Shown: positions 1-9,343 of the stretch, piece by piece
Position numbering within the stretch: position 1 is the first letter of the stretch
Layout: each line of letters begins with the position of its first letter
Source of the DNA: Alphaproteobacteria bacterium
GTDB lineage: Bacteria > Pseudomonadota > Alphaproteobacteria > GCA-2731375
Direction of reading: 5' to 3'
NCBI GenBank assembly: GCA_965232515.1
Contig: CBDDPY010000002.1
Span: 288,001 to 352,000 of the forward strand
DNA: 64,000 nucleotides
The notes under the pieces: generated by a model
Databases searched by the model: none
The model's input: the letters and a program-made list of their open reading frames with translations, nothing else
Told to the model about the DNA's origin: nothing
Made by a program: the position numbers and the translations under genes

Positions 1-610
1 ACCGTTGCGCGTCCACGGCGCGCTGACCACGGCCATCGCCTCCATCGCGCTGACGCTCGTGCTGGAGAACTGCGTCCGCTTCGCCTTCGGCAACGAATTG
101 CGTGGCTACGATCTGCCGATCCTGCGCGACTGGCGCTTCGGCGACATCCGCATCGGTCCGCAGCAGGTCGAAAATCTCGGGCTCGCCATCGCCATCATGT
201 TGGCGGTGTTCGCATTCCTGTCGTTCTCGCGCATGGGCAAGGCCATGCGGGCGGTCGCCGATAACCCATTGCTCGCCGACCTCAAGGGCATCAACGCCGA
301 GAAGATCGGCCGCCTGACGGCGTTCTTCGGCATGGGCCTGGTCGGCGTCGGCGGCATGCTGCTGGGGCTCGGCACCTCCATCGATCCGCTGACCGGCTTC
401 CGCTTCATCCTCGCGATCTTCGCGGCCGCCGTGGTCGGCGGTCTCGGCAGCATTCCGGGCGCGGTGATCGGCGCCATGGTCGTCGGCATCGGCGAGGAGC
501 TTTCGCTGATCGTGTTGAGTCCGACCTACAAGAGCGCGGTCGGATTCATCGCCATCGTGCTGGTGCTGACGCTCAGACCGCGCGGCATCCTCGGCGAACG
601 GGCGCACTGA
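1..610 (+). CDS. livH: Branched-chain amino acid ABC transporter permease, LivH-type (5' end outside window)
   Basis: Hydrophobic ORF with 'GKAMRAVADNP..A...GIN', 'VGGLGSIPGAVIG' and 'RPRGILG' motifs; followed by a LivM-type gene. Confidence 0.85.
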   Translation, partial: PLRVHGALTTAIASIALTLVLENCVRFAFGNELRGYDLPILRDWRFGDIRIGPQQVENLGLAIAIMLAVFAFLSFSRMGKAMRAVADNPLLADLKGINAEKIGRLTAFFGMGLVGVGGMLLGLGTSIDPLTGFRFILAIFAAAVVGGLGSIPGAVIGAMVVGIGEELSLIVLSPTYKSAVGFIAIVLVLTLRPRGILGERAH

Positions 611-613
611 GCC

Positions 614-1531
614 ATGGAAAGCTATCTCATTTCCATCGTCACCTTCGCCGGCATCTATGCGCTGCTGACGCTGGGGCTCAATGTCATCTGGGGCATGACC
701 GGGCTGATCAATCTCGGTCTCGCCGGCTTCTTTGCCTTCGGCGCCTACGCCTCGGCGCTCGTCACGACAACGGGCAACATGCCGATCCTGGTCGGCGTGG
801 TCGTCGCCATTCTCGCCACCGCCGCCGCGGGCGTGCTGATGACGTTGGTGACCATGCGGCTGCGCGGCGATTACCTCGCCATCGTCACGCTCGGCTTTTC
901 CGAACTGATCCGTCTCATTGCCTCGAACGAGATCTGGCTGACGAACGGCACCGACGGCATCTCCGGCATCCCCGGCCCCCTACGCGGCGAGCTCAGTCCG
1001 GCCGGCTTCAACATGCTGTTCTGCGTCCTGACGCTGCTCACCGTGGCCTTGGTCTACGTCTTCGTGCAGCGGTTGCGGCACAGCCCCTACGGCCGCATGC
1101 TGCGCGCCATCCGCGACGACGAGCTCGCTACCGCCGTCGCCGGAAAATCAACCCGAGTCATCAAGATCCAGGCCTTCGCCATCGGCGCCGGCGTGCTCGG
1201 ATTGGCCGGCGCGTTTTACGGTCACTACACCAGCTACATCGCGCCCGACATCTTCCGCCCGCTGATCACCATCTACATCTTCCTCGCCCTGACGGCGGGC
1301 GGCACCGGCAACAATCTCGGCGCCGTGGTCGGCGCGTTCCTGGTCATGGCCGTGCTCGAAGGCACGCGGTTTCTGGAAGACCTGGTGCCCGGACTCGCCG
1401 GCGTGCAGTACGCGGCTTTGCGCGAGATCGCCGTCGGCGTGATCCTCATCGTCGTCATGCATGTCCGGCCCACGGGACTCTTCCCCGAACGGCCGCCGGC
1501 CATCGACATCAATCGCAAATCCATCGGTTAG
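614..1531 (+). CDS. livM: Branched-chain amino acid ABC transporter permease, LivM-type
   Basis: 'RLRGDYLAIVTLGF', 'SPYGRMLRAIRDDELA', 'GGTGNNLGAVVG'. Confidence 0.88.
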   Translation: MESYLISIVTFAGIYALLTLGLNVIWGMTGLINLGLAGFFAFGAYASALVTTTGNMPILVGVVVAILATAAAGVLMTLVTMRLRGDYLAIVTLGFSELIRLIASNEIWLTNGTDGISGIPGPLRGELSPAGFNMLFCVLTLLTVALVYVFVQRLRHSPYGRMLRAIRDDELATAVAGKSTRVIKIQAFAIGAGVLGLAGAFYGHYTSYIAPDIFRPLITIYIFLALTAGGTGNNLGAVVGAFLVMAVLEGTRFLEDLVPGLAGVQYAALREIAVGVILIVVMHVRPTGLFPERPPAIDINRKSIG

Positions 1532-1544
1532 GAGTGGCGCAGCC

Positions 1545-2066
1545 ATGAAAAAGGATCGCGATCCCACCACCGTCCTGGCGGCGCTCGGCCGTTGCGCCGC
1601 GGCCATGGCGGCGCCCGGCCAACCCGATCCGCTGTTCCGCAGCCTGGAGACGGAGCTGGGACAGCTCATCGGCCACAAGCTCTTCACCATCATGGTGCTG
1701 GATTACGAGCGCGGCGTGGCCCAGCGCCTCTACACCAGCGCGCCCGAGGCCTATCCGGTGCAGGGCCGCAAGCCGCTTCGCGACCTCACCGACTGGGGCA
1801 AGCACGTCATCGAAGAGAAGCAAGCCTTCATGGGCCTCACCCGCGAGGTCATTCGCCAGACCTTCAGCGATCACGAAACCATCGAGGCGCTGGGCTGCGG
1901 TTCCATCATCAACCTGCCGGTCCGCTACGACGACCGCGTTCTCGGCGCGGTCAACATCCTGCACGAGGAAAACTATTTCACCGACGCCGATATCGAGGTT
2001 GGCGCGCCCTTCGCCCAGCTCGCCGCCACCGCCTGCCGCGACTGGGCCGCCGCGCTTTCGGACTGA
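1545..2066 (+). CDS. Stand-alone GAF-domain protein
   Basis: GGAG RBS then ATG 1545; 'GHKLFT...RLYTS.PEAYPV.GRKP', 'FSDHETIEALGCGSIINLPV....VLGAVNILH'. Confidence 0.75.
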   Translation: MKKDRDPTTVLAALGRCAAAMAAPGQPDPLFRSLETELGQLIGHKLFTIMVLDYERGVAQRLYTSAPEAYPVQGRKPLRDLTDWGKHVIEEKQAFMGLTREVIRQTFSDHETIEALGCGSIINLPVRYDDRVLGAVNILHEENYFTDADIEVGAPFAQLAATACRDWAAALSD

Positions 2067-2140
2067 AGCGGGAGGCATTCGAGTGGCATCGGAGATATGT
2101 GAGGACCACTGCCTCCGTTGCCGCCGAGATCCGATATCGC

Positions 2141-2245
2141 ATGCTTCGAGACGCGGCTTCGCCGCTCCTCAGCATAAGGCAGGGCACCGATATCAAATGC
2201 GACCCTCATCCTGAGGAGCGCCCGTCAGGGCGCGTCTCGAAGGAT
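2141..2245. repeat. REP-like inverted doublet, type A (CTTCGAGACG..hairpin..CTCCTCAGCAT / CCTCATCCTGAGGAG..hairpin..CGTCTCGAAGG)
   Basis: Two inverted ~40-nt units, each with an internal hairpin, between convergent genes; the same family flanks the IS at 22533-22570 and 23746-23815. Confidence 0.8.
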
Positions 2246-2311
2246 CGGCCATCGGTTGCTGAAGCCGACAGGGCCTTACGGCAACGCTGATAAGCCTGAT
2301 CGTATTCCGGA

Positions 2312-3475
2312 CTAGGGAAGGGGCAGTGTGAGGCCGTCGAGGTCGTCGGGCGCTTTGGTCAGGATGCGGTTGCCGTCCTCGGTCGTCATGATCGTGTCCG
2401 AATGCCGGAACCCGCCGACGCCGTCCAGATAGACCCCAGGCTCGATGGTATAGAACATGCCCGGCTCGATCTCCCGGTCGTAGCCCTCGGCCAGGAACGG
2501 CGCCTCATGGCCGGTCACGCCGATGCTGTGGCTCGTGCGATGCAGCAGATTGTCGCCGTAGCCGGCCTTCTCGAACACCGCGTTCACCCGCGCATCGACC
2601 TCGCCCATGTTGGCGCCGGGCCGGGTCAGCTCCAGGGCGAGATACCGCGCTTCCATCATGGTCTCGAACGGCCGCTTCGCAGCCTCCGGCACCGAGCCGA
2701 GGAAAAACGTCCGCTCGATCTCGGCGCCATAGCCGTTGAGCCGGCAATTGATCAGCGACACGTGCGGGCCGCCTTCCTCCATCTCCATGAAGATGTTGGT
2801 GAAGTTGTGCGGATCGTGCGAGACGCTGGGCGGCTGGAACAGAACGAAGATCGAGGTCGCCAGCAGGTTCGCCGTCGGCACGTCCTGCAGCAGCCGGCCG
2901 GACATGCCGCGCGACAACGCACCCGAGGCGTCGGCCGCCATCAGCCCCGGCTTGGCCATGGCCATCAGCTCGGCATGCGTCTCGCTGACCCGCTCGCAGG
3001 CATAGACGATGCGCCCGATCTCGTACGGGGTCTTGACCATGCGTGCATCGTCGACCACGTCGGTCTGCCGTCTGTCGCCGGGCGTCGCCTCGTAGACCTG
3101 CAGCGGGCAGATCGACTCGACCCCCACCGCGCCGCCGCCGCCGAACAGCGGCGAAAAGCTGTCGATCCAGGTTTCACCGGCGGGAGCCGGGAATTCCCGA
3201 TAGGGCACGATGTCCAGCTCGCCGACGCGCCGGCTCAGCACGTGCGGCACCTCCAGCTTCGGTACCACGAAACGCGGCGTGCCCGTGCGCGGCAGCACCA
3301 GAATGAACGGGCGCTCGTGCACATAGTTGGCGAAGTTGGTGAGATAAAAGACGTTGTCGGGGCAGGTCGCCACATAGTAGTCGAGGCCCTGCTGCTTCAT
3401 CATCGCCCGCACCCGGTCGCGGCGGGTCTCGATTTCGTCGGCAGTCGGCGGCGTGAAGATAGGCTCCAGTGACAT
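2312..3475 (-). CDS. Xaa-Pro peptidase family (M24) protein
   Basis: N-terminal creatinase-like domain; 'HRTSHSIGVTGHEAP', 'TIEPGVY', 'GFRHSDT'; start 3475 chosen from GAGGGA spacing. Confidence 0.85.
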   Translation of the reverse strand: MSLEPIFTPPTADEIETRRDRVRAMMKQQGLDYYVATCPDNVFYLTNFANYVHERPFILVLPRTGTPRFVVPKLEVPHVLSRRVGELDIVPYREFPAPAGETWIDSFSPLFGGGGAVGVESICPLQVYEATPGDRRQTDVVDDARMVKTPYEIGRIVYACERVSETHAELMAMAKPGLMAADASGALSRGMSGRLLQDVPTANLLATSIFVLFQPPSVSHDPHNFTNIFMEMEEGGPHVSLINCRLNGYGAEIERTFFLGSVPEAAKRPFETMMEARYLALELTRPGANMGEVDARVNAVFEKAGYGDNLLHRTSHSIGVTGHEAPFLAEGYDREIEPGMFYTIEPGVYLDGVGGFRHSDTIMTTEDGNRILTKAPDDLDGLTLPLP

Positions 3476-3540
3476 GTCCATTCCCTCGTGCGGTCCCGGG
3501 AGAAACGCGTGTCGGTTTCCCGATCAAATCCATTTCATGC

Positions 3541-3564
3541 TACAAACCAACCGGCCGGTTTGTA
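3541..3564. promoter_or_regulatory. Palindromic operator, probably for the adjacent TetR
   Basis: TACAAACC-aaccggcc-GGTTTGTA, perfect 8-bp arms, between the divergent peptidase and tetR genes. Confidence 0.65.
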
Positions 3565-3596
3565 AATAGAGCCTGCGAAGTATACGGGACGGATCG

Positions 3597-4214
3597 ATGC
3601 AGCAAGCCAAGAAACGACGGACGCAGGAGGAGCGGACGGCGGAGACCAAGGCCAAGATCCTCAACGCGACGCTCGACGTGATGGAGGAGGACGGCATCGC
3701 CGACGCCTCGACGGCGGCCATCGCCCGGCGCGCCGGCGTATCGCGGGGCGCGCTCAGCCACCACTACGCGTCCAAGTTCGACCTCATCGTGGCCGCCGTC
3801 GAGTTCCTGCTGAACCGCGCCATCGGCAACATCGAAAAGCTATCCGAGCAGGTGAATGCGGGCGAGGCGACGATCGAGGACGTCCTCGACCGGCTCTGGG
3901 AATACGACAACCGCCGCCTGTTCATCATCTCGCTCGACTACCTGTCGGCGGCGCGCACCGACGAGAAGCTCTACCGGGCGCTGCTGCCGCTCGGGCGCGC
4001 CTATCAGCAGCACCTGGACAAGATCTGGTCAGAGCTGTCCCGGAACGCCGGCATCGCGCCGGACAAGGCTGCCGTCGTGCTGGACATGATGCTGTGCCTG
4101 CTGCGCGGCATGTGCCTGCACACCGTGCTGCGGGACGACGACGACTATTTCAACAACATCCTGGCCATGTGGCGGGAATCCCTGCCGCACGTCCTCGGCC
4201 GCAAGCCCGTTTAA
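3597..4214 (+). CDS. TetR/AcrR family transcriptional regulator
   Basis: N-terminal HTH 'TAAIARRAGVSRGALSHHYASKFDL'. Confidence 0.9.
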   Translation: MQQAKKRRTQEERTAETKAKILNATLDVMEEDGIADASTAAIARRAGVSRGALSHHYASKFDLIVAAVEFLLNRAIGNIEKLSEQVNAGEATIEDVLDRLWEYDNRRLFIISLDYLSAARTDEKLYRALLPLGRAYQQHLDKIWSELSRNAGIAPDKAAVVLDMMLCLLRGMCLHTVLRDDDDYFNNILAMWRESLPHVLGRKPV

Positions 4215-4223
4215 CCCGACGCG

Positions 4224-5273
4224 TTATCGGGCGGTAACGTCGCTCCAGAGCGCATCCGCGCCCCGGCCGGCGACAGCGCGGCCCAGCCGTTCGGCCCAGT
4301 GCTTCTCCGAACCGAACTCGCTGCGCCACGACCACAGACGACGGGTCAGGTAATGCAGATGGTGCTCGTAGGTGAAGCCGATGGCGCCGTGCACCTGATG
4401 CGCGATGCGGGCGCCGATGCCGGCGGCCTCGCCGGTGCGGATCTTCGCGGCCGCGATCTCGAATTCGGCCGTGCCGCGGTCGGCGGCATGGAACGCGGCC
4501 TCGGCGGCGGCGGCCGCGGCCGCGCTTTCGCCGGCCAGCTCCGCGAGCTGCTGCTGGATCGCCTGGAACTTGCCGATCGGCCGGCCGAACTGCACCCGGT
4601 CGTTGGCATAGGCCACGGAGTCCGCCAGCAGCCGGGCGAGCGCGCCCGCCATCTGCGCCGACCGCACCATGGCGCCCAGATGCCAGATCGTCTCGGCCGT
4701 GATGCTGTCGCCGGCTGGCGCCGCCTCCGCGACGGGCGTCGCGTCGAAATTGAGATCGCTGCGCGTCTCCCGCGCCATGTTCTCGCCGTCTTCGACGGCG
4801 GCGCTGCCGCCTTCGATCCGCACGACCCGCAAGCCGTCGTCGGCGTGCGCCAGCGCCACGATATGCCGGGCCTGGCTGCCCCAGGGCACCCGCCGCGCTG
4901 CGCCATCCAAGGTGCCATCCTTCGTCAGCGACAGGCGTTCGTCCGGCCGCACCGGCGCCAACGTCATGGCGCCCTGCGGCACCTCCATGGCGGACCGGGA
5001 CAGCAGCCAGCCGGCGACGATGGTCTCGGCCAGCGGCACCGGCGCGGCGTGCCGGCCGGCAGCGTGCAGCACCTCGAAGGCGTCGCCCCAAACGGCGCCG
5101 ACGCCGCCCTGGTCTTCCGGCACCAGCGGCTGGGTCAGGCCGGCGTCCGTCAGGCCGTGCCACAGATCCTGCGGCCAGTCGCCACCCTCGGCGGTCTCGA
5201 GCGTCGGCCGCTCGACCAGATCTGTCAGCAGCCGGTCGACCGTGTCGGCCAGAATGTTGCGCAGCTCGCTCAT
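4224..5273 (-). CDS. Acyl-CoA dehydrogenase, short beta-type subunit
   Basis: 'RVQFGRPIGKFQAIQQQLA', 'HQVHGAIGFTYEH'; ATGA overlap with upstream ACAD. Confidence 0.88.
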   Translation of the reverse strand: MSELRNILADTVDRLLTDLVERPTLETAEGGDWPQDLWHGLTDAGLTQPLVPEDQGGVGAVWGDAFEVLHAAGRHAAPVPLAETIVAGWLLSRSAMEVPQGAMTLAPVRPDERLSLTKDGTLDGAARRVPWGSQARHIVALAHADDGLRVVRIEGGSAAVEDGENMARETRSDLNFDATPVAEAAPAGDSITAETIWHLGAMVRSAQMAGALARLLADSVAYANDRVQFGRPIGKFQAIQQQLAELAGESAAAAAAAEAAFHAADRGTAEFEIAAAKIRTGEAAGIGARIAHQVHGAIGFTYEHHLHYLTRRLWSWRSEFGSEKHWAERLGRAVAGRGADALWSDVTAR

Positions 5274-6421
5274 CTCAGGCCCAGCCCCCGCGCGATGATG
5301 CCCCGCAAGATCTCCCGCGTGCCGCCGCGCAGCGAAAACGACGGCGTCACCTGGGTCAGATAGGCCTGTACCTGGCTGAAATCGCCGTCATCGTCCATCG
5401 ATGGCTCGACGTCCGACAGCTCGTGCACGATCTGCGGGATCGACTGCTCGAACGTGTTGCCCAAGTCCTTGACCACCGAGGCTTCGAGCGCGGGATCGTC
5501 CCCGGCTTGCAGCTTGCCCGCGACCGACAGCGACATCTGCCGCAACGTCGAGAGGCGCGCGACCAGCCGGCCGATGGCGATGGCGTTGTTCTCGCCGGGG
5601 TCCTGGCTCGCCTCCCGGATCAGCTCGACGATGAGCTGATAGCTGCTGAGATACCGCTCCGGGCCCGAGCGCTCGAAGGCGAGCTCCGAGACTACCTGCT
5701 TCCAGCCGTCGCCGGCATTGCCGACCAGCATGTCGTCCGGCACGAACGCGTCTTCGAACACCACCTCGTTGAAGTGCTCCTCGCCGGCGAGGTTGCGGAT
5801 CGGCCGCACCGTCAGGCCTTCCGTATTCTTCAGGTCGACCAGGAACTGCGACATGCCGGCATGCCGCTCCTCGGCCTTGGGATCTGACCGGAAGAGCGCG
5901 ATCAGGTAGTGCGCCTGATGCGCATTGCTGGTCCAGACCTTGGTGCCGTTCACCACCCAGCCGCCGTCGACCTTGTCGGCGCGCGTGCGGATCGAGGCCA
6001 GGTCCGAGCCCGAGTCCGGCTCGCTCATGCCGATGCCGAAATAGCTCTCGCCGCGAATGATCGGCGGCAGCAGCCGTTGGCGCTGCTCCTCGGTGCCGTA
6101 GCGCAGCAGCAGCGGCCCGCTCTGCCGGTCCGCCACCCAGTGCGCGCCCACCGGCGCGCCCGCCGCCAGCAGCTCTTCCAGCACCACGTAGCGTTCGAAG
6201 AAGCTGCGCCCGCCGCCGCCGTATTCGGTCGGCCAGGTCAGGCCGATCCAGCCGCGCGCGCCCAGCTTGCGGCTGAAATCCGGATCGAAGCCGCTCCAGC
6301 TCTCGGCCCGCTTCACGGCCGGATAGTCCGGCAGCGTCTCGGCCAGAAAATCGCGGACCTCCTGCCGCAAGGCCTCCGCCTCCGGCGGCAGTTCGCAGGG
6401 TTCGAACCGAAACGACTGCAT
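5270..6421 (-). CDS. Acyl-CoA dehydrogenase, alpha-type subunit
   Basis: 'GMSEPDSGSDLAS', 'VNGTKVWTS', 'FNEVVFED', 'SLRGGTREI'. Confidence 0.9.
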   Translation of the reverse strand: MQSFRFEPCELPPEAEALRQEVRDFLAETLPDYPAVKRAESWSGFDPDFSRKLGARGWIGLTWPTEYGGGGRSFFERYVVLEELLAAGAPVGAHWVADRQSGPLLLRYGTEEQRQRLLPPIIRGESYFGIGMSEPDSGSDLASIRTRADKVDGGWVVNGTKVWTSNAHQAHYLIALFRSDPKAEERHAGMSQFLVDLKNTEGLTVRPIRNLAGEEHFNEVVFEDAFVPDDMLVGNAGDGWKQVVSELAFERSGPERYLSSYQLIVELIREASQDPGENNAIAIGRLVARLSTLRQMSLSVAGKLQAGDDPALEASVVKDLGNTFEQSIPQIVHELSDVEPSMDDDGDFSQVQAYLTQVTPSFSLRGGTREILRGIIARGLGLR

Positions 6422-6539
6422 CTAAAACGCTCCTGATCGTACGGGTGGGCAAGGAACAACCTAGCAGCCGTGGACCCCGCGTCAAATGTCGGTATGGTCG
6501 AGATTGTCGCAGGTGAGTGATGTTGAGGGATTTGTGCAA

Positions 6540-7472
6540 ATGCGTATCGCGATCATGGGGGCCGGCGCCATCGGCGGGTATTTCGGGGCGCTGCTGGCGG
6601 CGGTCGGGCAGGAGGTCGTCTTCATCGCCCGCGGGCCGCATCTGGCGGCGATGCGGGCGAATGGCCTGACGGTGCTGAGCGAACGCGGCGACGTCACGGT
6701 CGATCCCGTCTGGGCGATCGACGATCCATCTGAGGTCGGCCCGGTCGACTGGGTCGTGGTCACGGTGAAGAACTTCGACCTGATCGACGCCGCCGAACGC
6801 ATGGCGCCCATGGTCGGCCCGGACACCGCCATCGTCAGTTTCCAGAACGGCGTCGAGAGCGCCGAGATCCTGGCCGGCCGCTTCGGTCGGGACCGTGTGC
6901 TCGACGGCATCACCTACCTGCCGGCCGTCGTCGCCGAGCCCGGCGTCATCCGCCACACCGGCCCGGTCAACCGCTTCGTCTTCGGCGAGCTCGACGGCGC
7001 CGAGACCGCACGGGCCATCGCTTTGCGCGACGCTGGCGAGGCGGCCGGCATCGACATGGCGCTGCGTGCCGACATTGAGGTCGAGGTCTGGCGCAAGTTC
7101 CTGGTGCAGTCGACCTTCGCCGCGCTTTGCTGCCTCGGCCGCTACGCGCTCGGCACCATGTTGTCGCGGCCGGCGGTGCGGGCGGTCTACCGCCAGGGCA
7201 TGGACGAGGTCTTCGCCGTCGCCCGGGCCAAAGGCGTGGCGTTGCCGGACGACGAGGTCGAGAAGGCGCTGCATTTCGCCGAGACCGTCGCCGATCCGGC
7301 GACCTCGTCCTCCATGCTGACGGACCTCGAGCGCGGCAACCGCATCGAGATCGAGTCGCTCTCCGGCGCCGTCGTTCGGCTCGGCCGGGAGTTCGGGGTG
7401 CCGACGCCCTTCCACGACATGGCGCTGGCGGTGCTCAGCCCATATGCCGACAGCGATGGACGGCCCGGCTAG
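6540..7472 (+). CDS. Ketopantoate reductase (PanE/ApbA) family oxidoreductase
   Basis: 'MRIAIMGAGAIGGYFG' Rossmann motif, 'FQNGV', 'WRKF', 'SSMLTDLERGNRIEIE'. Confidence 0.88.
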   Translation: MRIAIMGAGAIGGYFGALLAAVGQEVVFIARGPHLAAMRANGLTVLSERGDVTVDPVWAIDDPSEVGPVDWVVVTVKNFDLIDAAERMAPMVGPDTAIVSFQNGVESAEILAGRFGRDRVLDGITYLPAVVAEPGVIRHTGPVNRFVFGELDGAETARAIALRDAGEAAGIDMALRADIEVEVWRKFLVQSTFAALCCLGRYALGTMLSRPAVRAVYRQGMDEVFAVARAKGVALPDDEVEKALHFAETVADPATSSSMLTDLERGNRIEIESLSGAVVRLGREFGVPTPFHDMALAVLSPYADSDGRPG

Positions 7473-7521
7473 ACCTGCCGCATAATTCAGCAACAACGAA
7501 TAAGCCTCGGAGGCGCAAAAG

Positions 7522-8388
7522 ATGCTGTCTGTGCAACCCTTACCCGGTCCGTTCGGCGCGGAGATCTCCGGCATCGATCTGTCGCAGCCGCTGGAAGACG
7601 AGACGATGCGCGAAATCCTGGAGGTCTTCCATCGGCATCAGATCATCGTCATGCGCGATCAGAAGCTGGCCTTCGAGGACTTCGATGCGTTTACCAAGAA
7701 TTTCGGCGACCAGCGGCCGCATTTCCTCGATCACTTGCGCATGCGGGGCCACCCCGCGATCCTGATGCTCTCGAACGTGTTCGAGGGCGAGCGTCCGACC
7801 GGCGTCTACGAGGGTGCGGCCTTCTGGCACACCGATGTCGCCTACGAGGATCCGCCGAACAGCTCGACCATCGTCTATGCGCTGGAGACGCCCGACGGCG
7901 GCTGCCCGACCGAATTCGCCGACTGCTTCACCGCCTACGACGACCTGTCGCAGAAGACCAAGGACGTCATTGACGGCATGACGGCCGTGCACCATTACGG
8001 CAACCGCTGGGACATGGATGAGGACTCGCCGACGTCGGCCGAGCGCCTGACGCCGGAGCAGAAGGCGCGTGTGGCGAACGTCCATATGCCGGTGGTGCGC
8101 CGGCACCACGTCACCGGCCGCAAGGCGCTCTACGGCGTCGCCGGCAGCTCTTTCGGCATCGTCGGCATGCCCGACGACGAGGCCATCGATCTATTGGACG
8201 AGCTGGCCCGGCACGCCACGCAGGAGAAGTACCGCAACCAGTGGGACTATGCCGTCGGCGACATCGCCGCCTGGGACACGTTCTCGACGCTGCACAAGGC
8301 CCAGGTCCAGGCGCCGGCCAGGGGCGACACCGACCGCCGCATCCTCTGGCGCGTCAGCGTCACCGGCAAGCCCCCGCTCTGCCGGTAG
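7522..8388 (+). CDS. TauD/TfdA family Fe(II)/2-oxoglutarate dioxygenase
   Basis: 'GAEISGIDLS', 'WHTD', distal His in 'STLHKA'. Confidence 0.88.
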   Translation: MLSVQPLPGPFGAEISGIDLSQPLEDETMREILEVFHRHQIIVMRDQKLAFEDFDAFTKNFGDQRPHFLDHLRMRGHPAILMLSNVFEGERPTGVYEGAAFWHTDVAYEDPPNSSTIVYALETPDGGCPTEFADCFTAYDDLSQKTKDVIDGMTAVHHYGNRWDMDEDSPTSAERLTPEQKARVANVHMPVVRRHHVTGRKALYGVAGSSFGIVGMPDDEAIDLLDELARHATQEKYRNQWDYAVGDIAAWDTFSTLHKAQVQAPARGDTDRRILWRVSVTGKPPLCR

Positions 8389-8405
8389 CAGTAAGAACTC
8401 TGTTG

Positions 8406-8472
8406 GTCATCCTGGCGCAGGCCAGGATCCACTTTGGCCTTCGTCTTGGATGCCGGCCTTCGCCAGCATGAC
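8406..8472. repeat. REP-like inverted doublet, type B (GTCATCCTGGCGCAGGCCAGGATCCA..TGGATGCCGGCCTTCGCCAGCATGAC)
   Basis: GTCAT...ATGAC termini with two internal hairpins, between convergent genes. Confidence 0.75.
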
Positions 8473-8484
8473 AAACCAGCGAAG

Positions 8485-9272
8485 CTACATCCTGTAACTC
8501 GTATCCTCGCGATCCATGCGGCGGACGAGGGCGGCGAACTCGCGGGCGCCCGGGCTGCTGTTGAACTCGCCGCCGAACCTGATCAGTTCGGCCGTATGCT
8601 CCGGCACGCCCTCGGGCGGCATGTGCAGTTTCGCCGCGCCGCCGGCCATGGCGGCAACCTGCATGCGGCAGGCCTGCTCCATGTAGTACATGGCGATGAA
8701 GGCTTCCGGCACCGTGCGCCCGGCCGTCAGCAGGCCGTGGTTGCGCAGGATCATTACCGGTTTGTCGCCGATATCCGCGATCAGCCGCTGCTGCTCGTCG
8801 AAGTCCAGCGCCGGCCCCTCGTATTCGTGATAGGCCACCTGACCATGGAAGATCATAGCGGTCTGCGTCAGCGGCAGCAGCCCGTCCTCCTGGGCCGAGA
8901 CGGCGCAGCCCGCGACCGTATGCGTGTGCAGCACGCAGCCGATATGCGGCAGGTCGCGGTGGACGCAGCTATGGATCACGAACCCCGCCGGATTGATGCC
9001 GTAGTCGCTGTCGCCGATGATCTTGCCGTCGAGATCGACCTTCACCAGGTTCGACGCCGTCACCTCGTCATAGAGCAGCCCGAAGGGATTGATCAAAAAT
9101 GATGCTCCGGCCCCGGCACGCGGGCCGAGATATGGGTATAGATCAGATCGTCCATGCCCAGGCGCTGGATCAGCCGATAGCAGGCCGCGAGTTCGACCCG
9201 TGCGTCCCATTCCTCGTCGCTGACATCCGACCGCCGGCCGCGGCTTTCGGTGTCGATCGCCGATACGCTCAT
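8485..9272 (-). pseudogene. Class II aldolase/adducin family gene with a 1-nt frameshift at A5 run 9095-9099 (or a sequencing error)
   Basis: From ATG 9272 (GGGGAG RBS) it reads MSVSAIDTE...RVELAACYRL...DLIYTHISARVPGPEHHF then TGA; 'LINPFGLLYDEVTAS', 'IHSCVH', 'HTHT', 'LRNHG' continue in another frame; span is 788 nt. Confidence 0.8.
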
Positions 9273-9343
9273 GCTGCGTCTCTCCCCGTCGATGCTATGC
9301 TCTAGCCTCGTCGTCAGTGAACCACGCTTTGGAGAGAAACACC

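Noticed and set aside
8485-9210. Supplied 241-aa ORF taken as the complete aldolase
   Set aside because: Its N-terminus is out-of-frame sequence; the true start is 9272 with a frameshift
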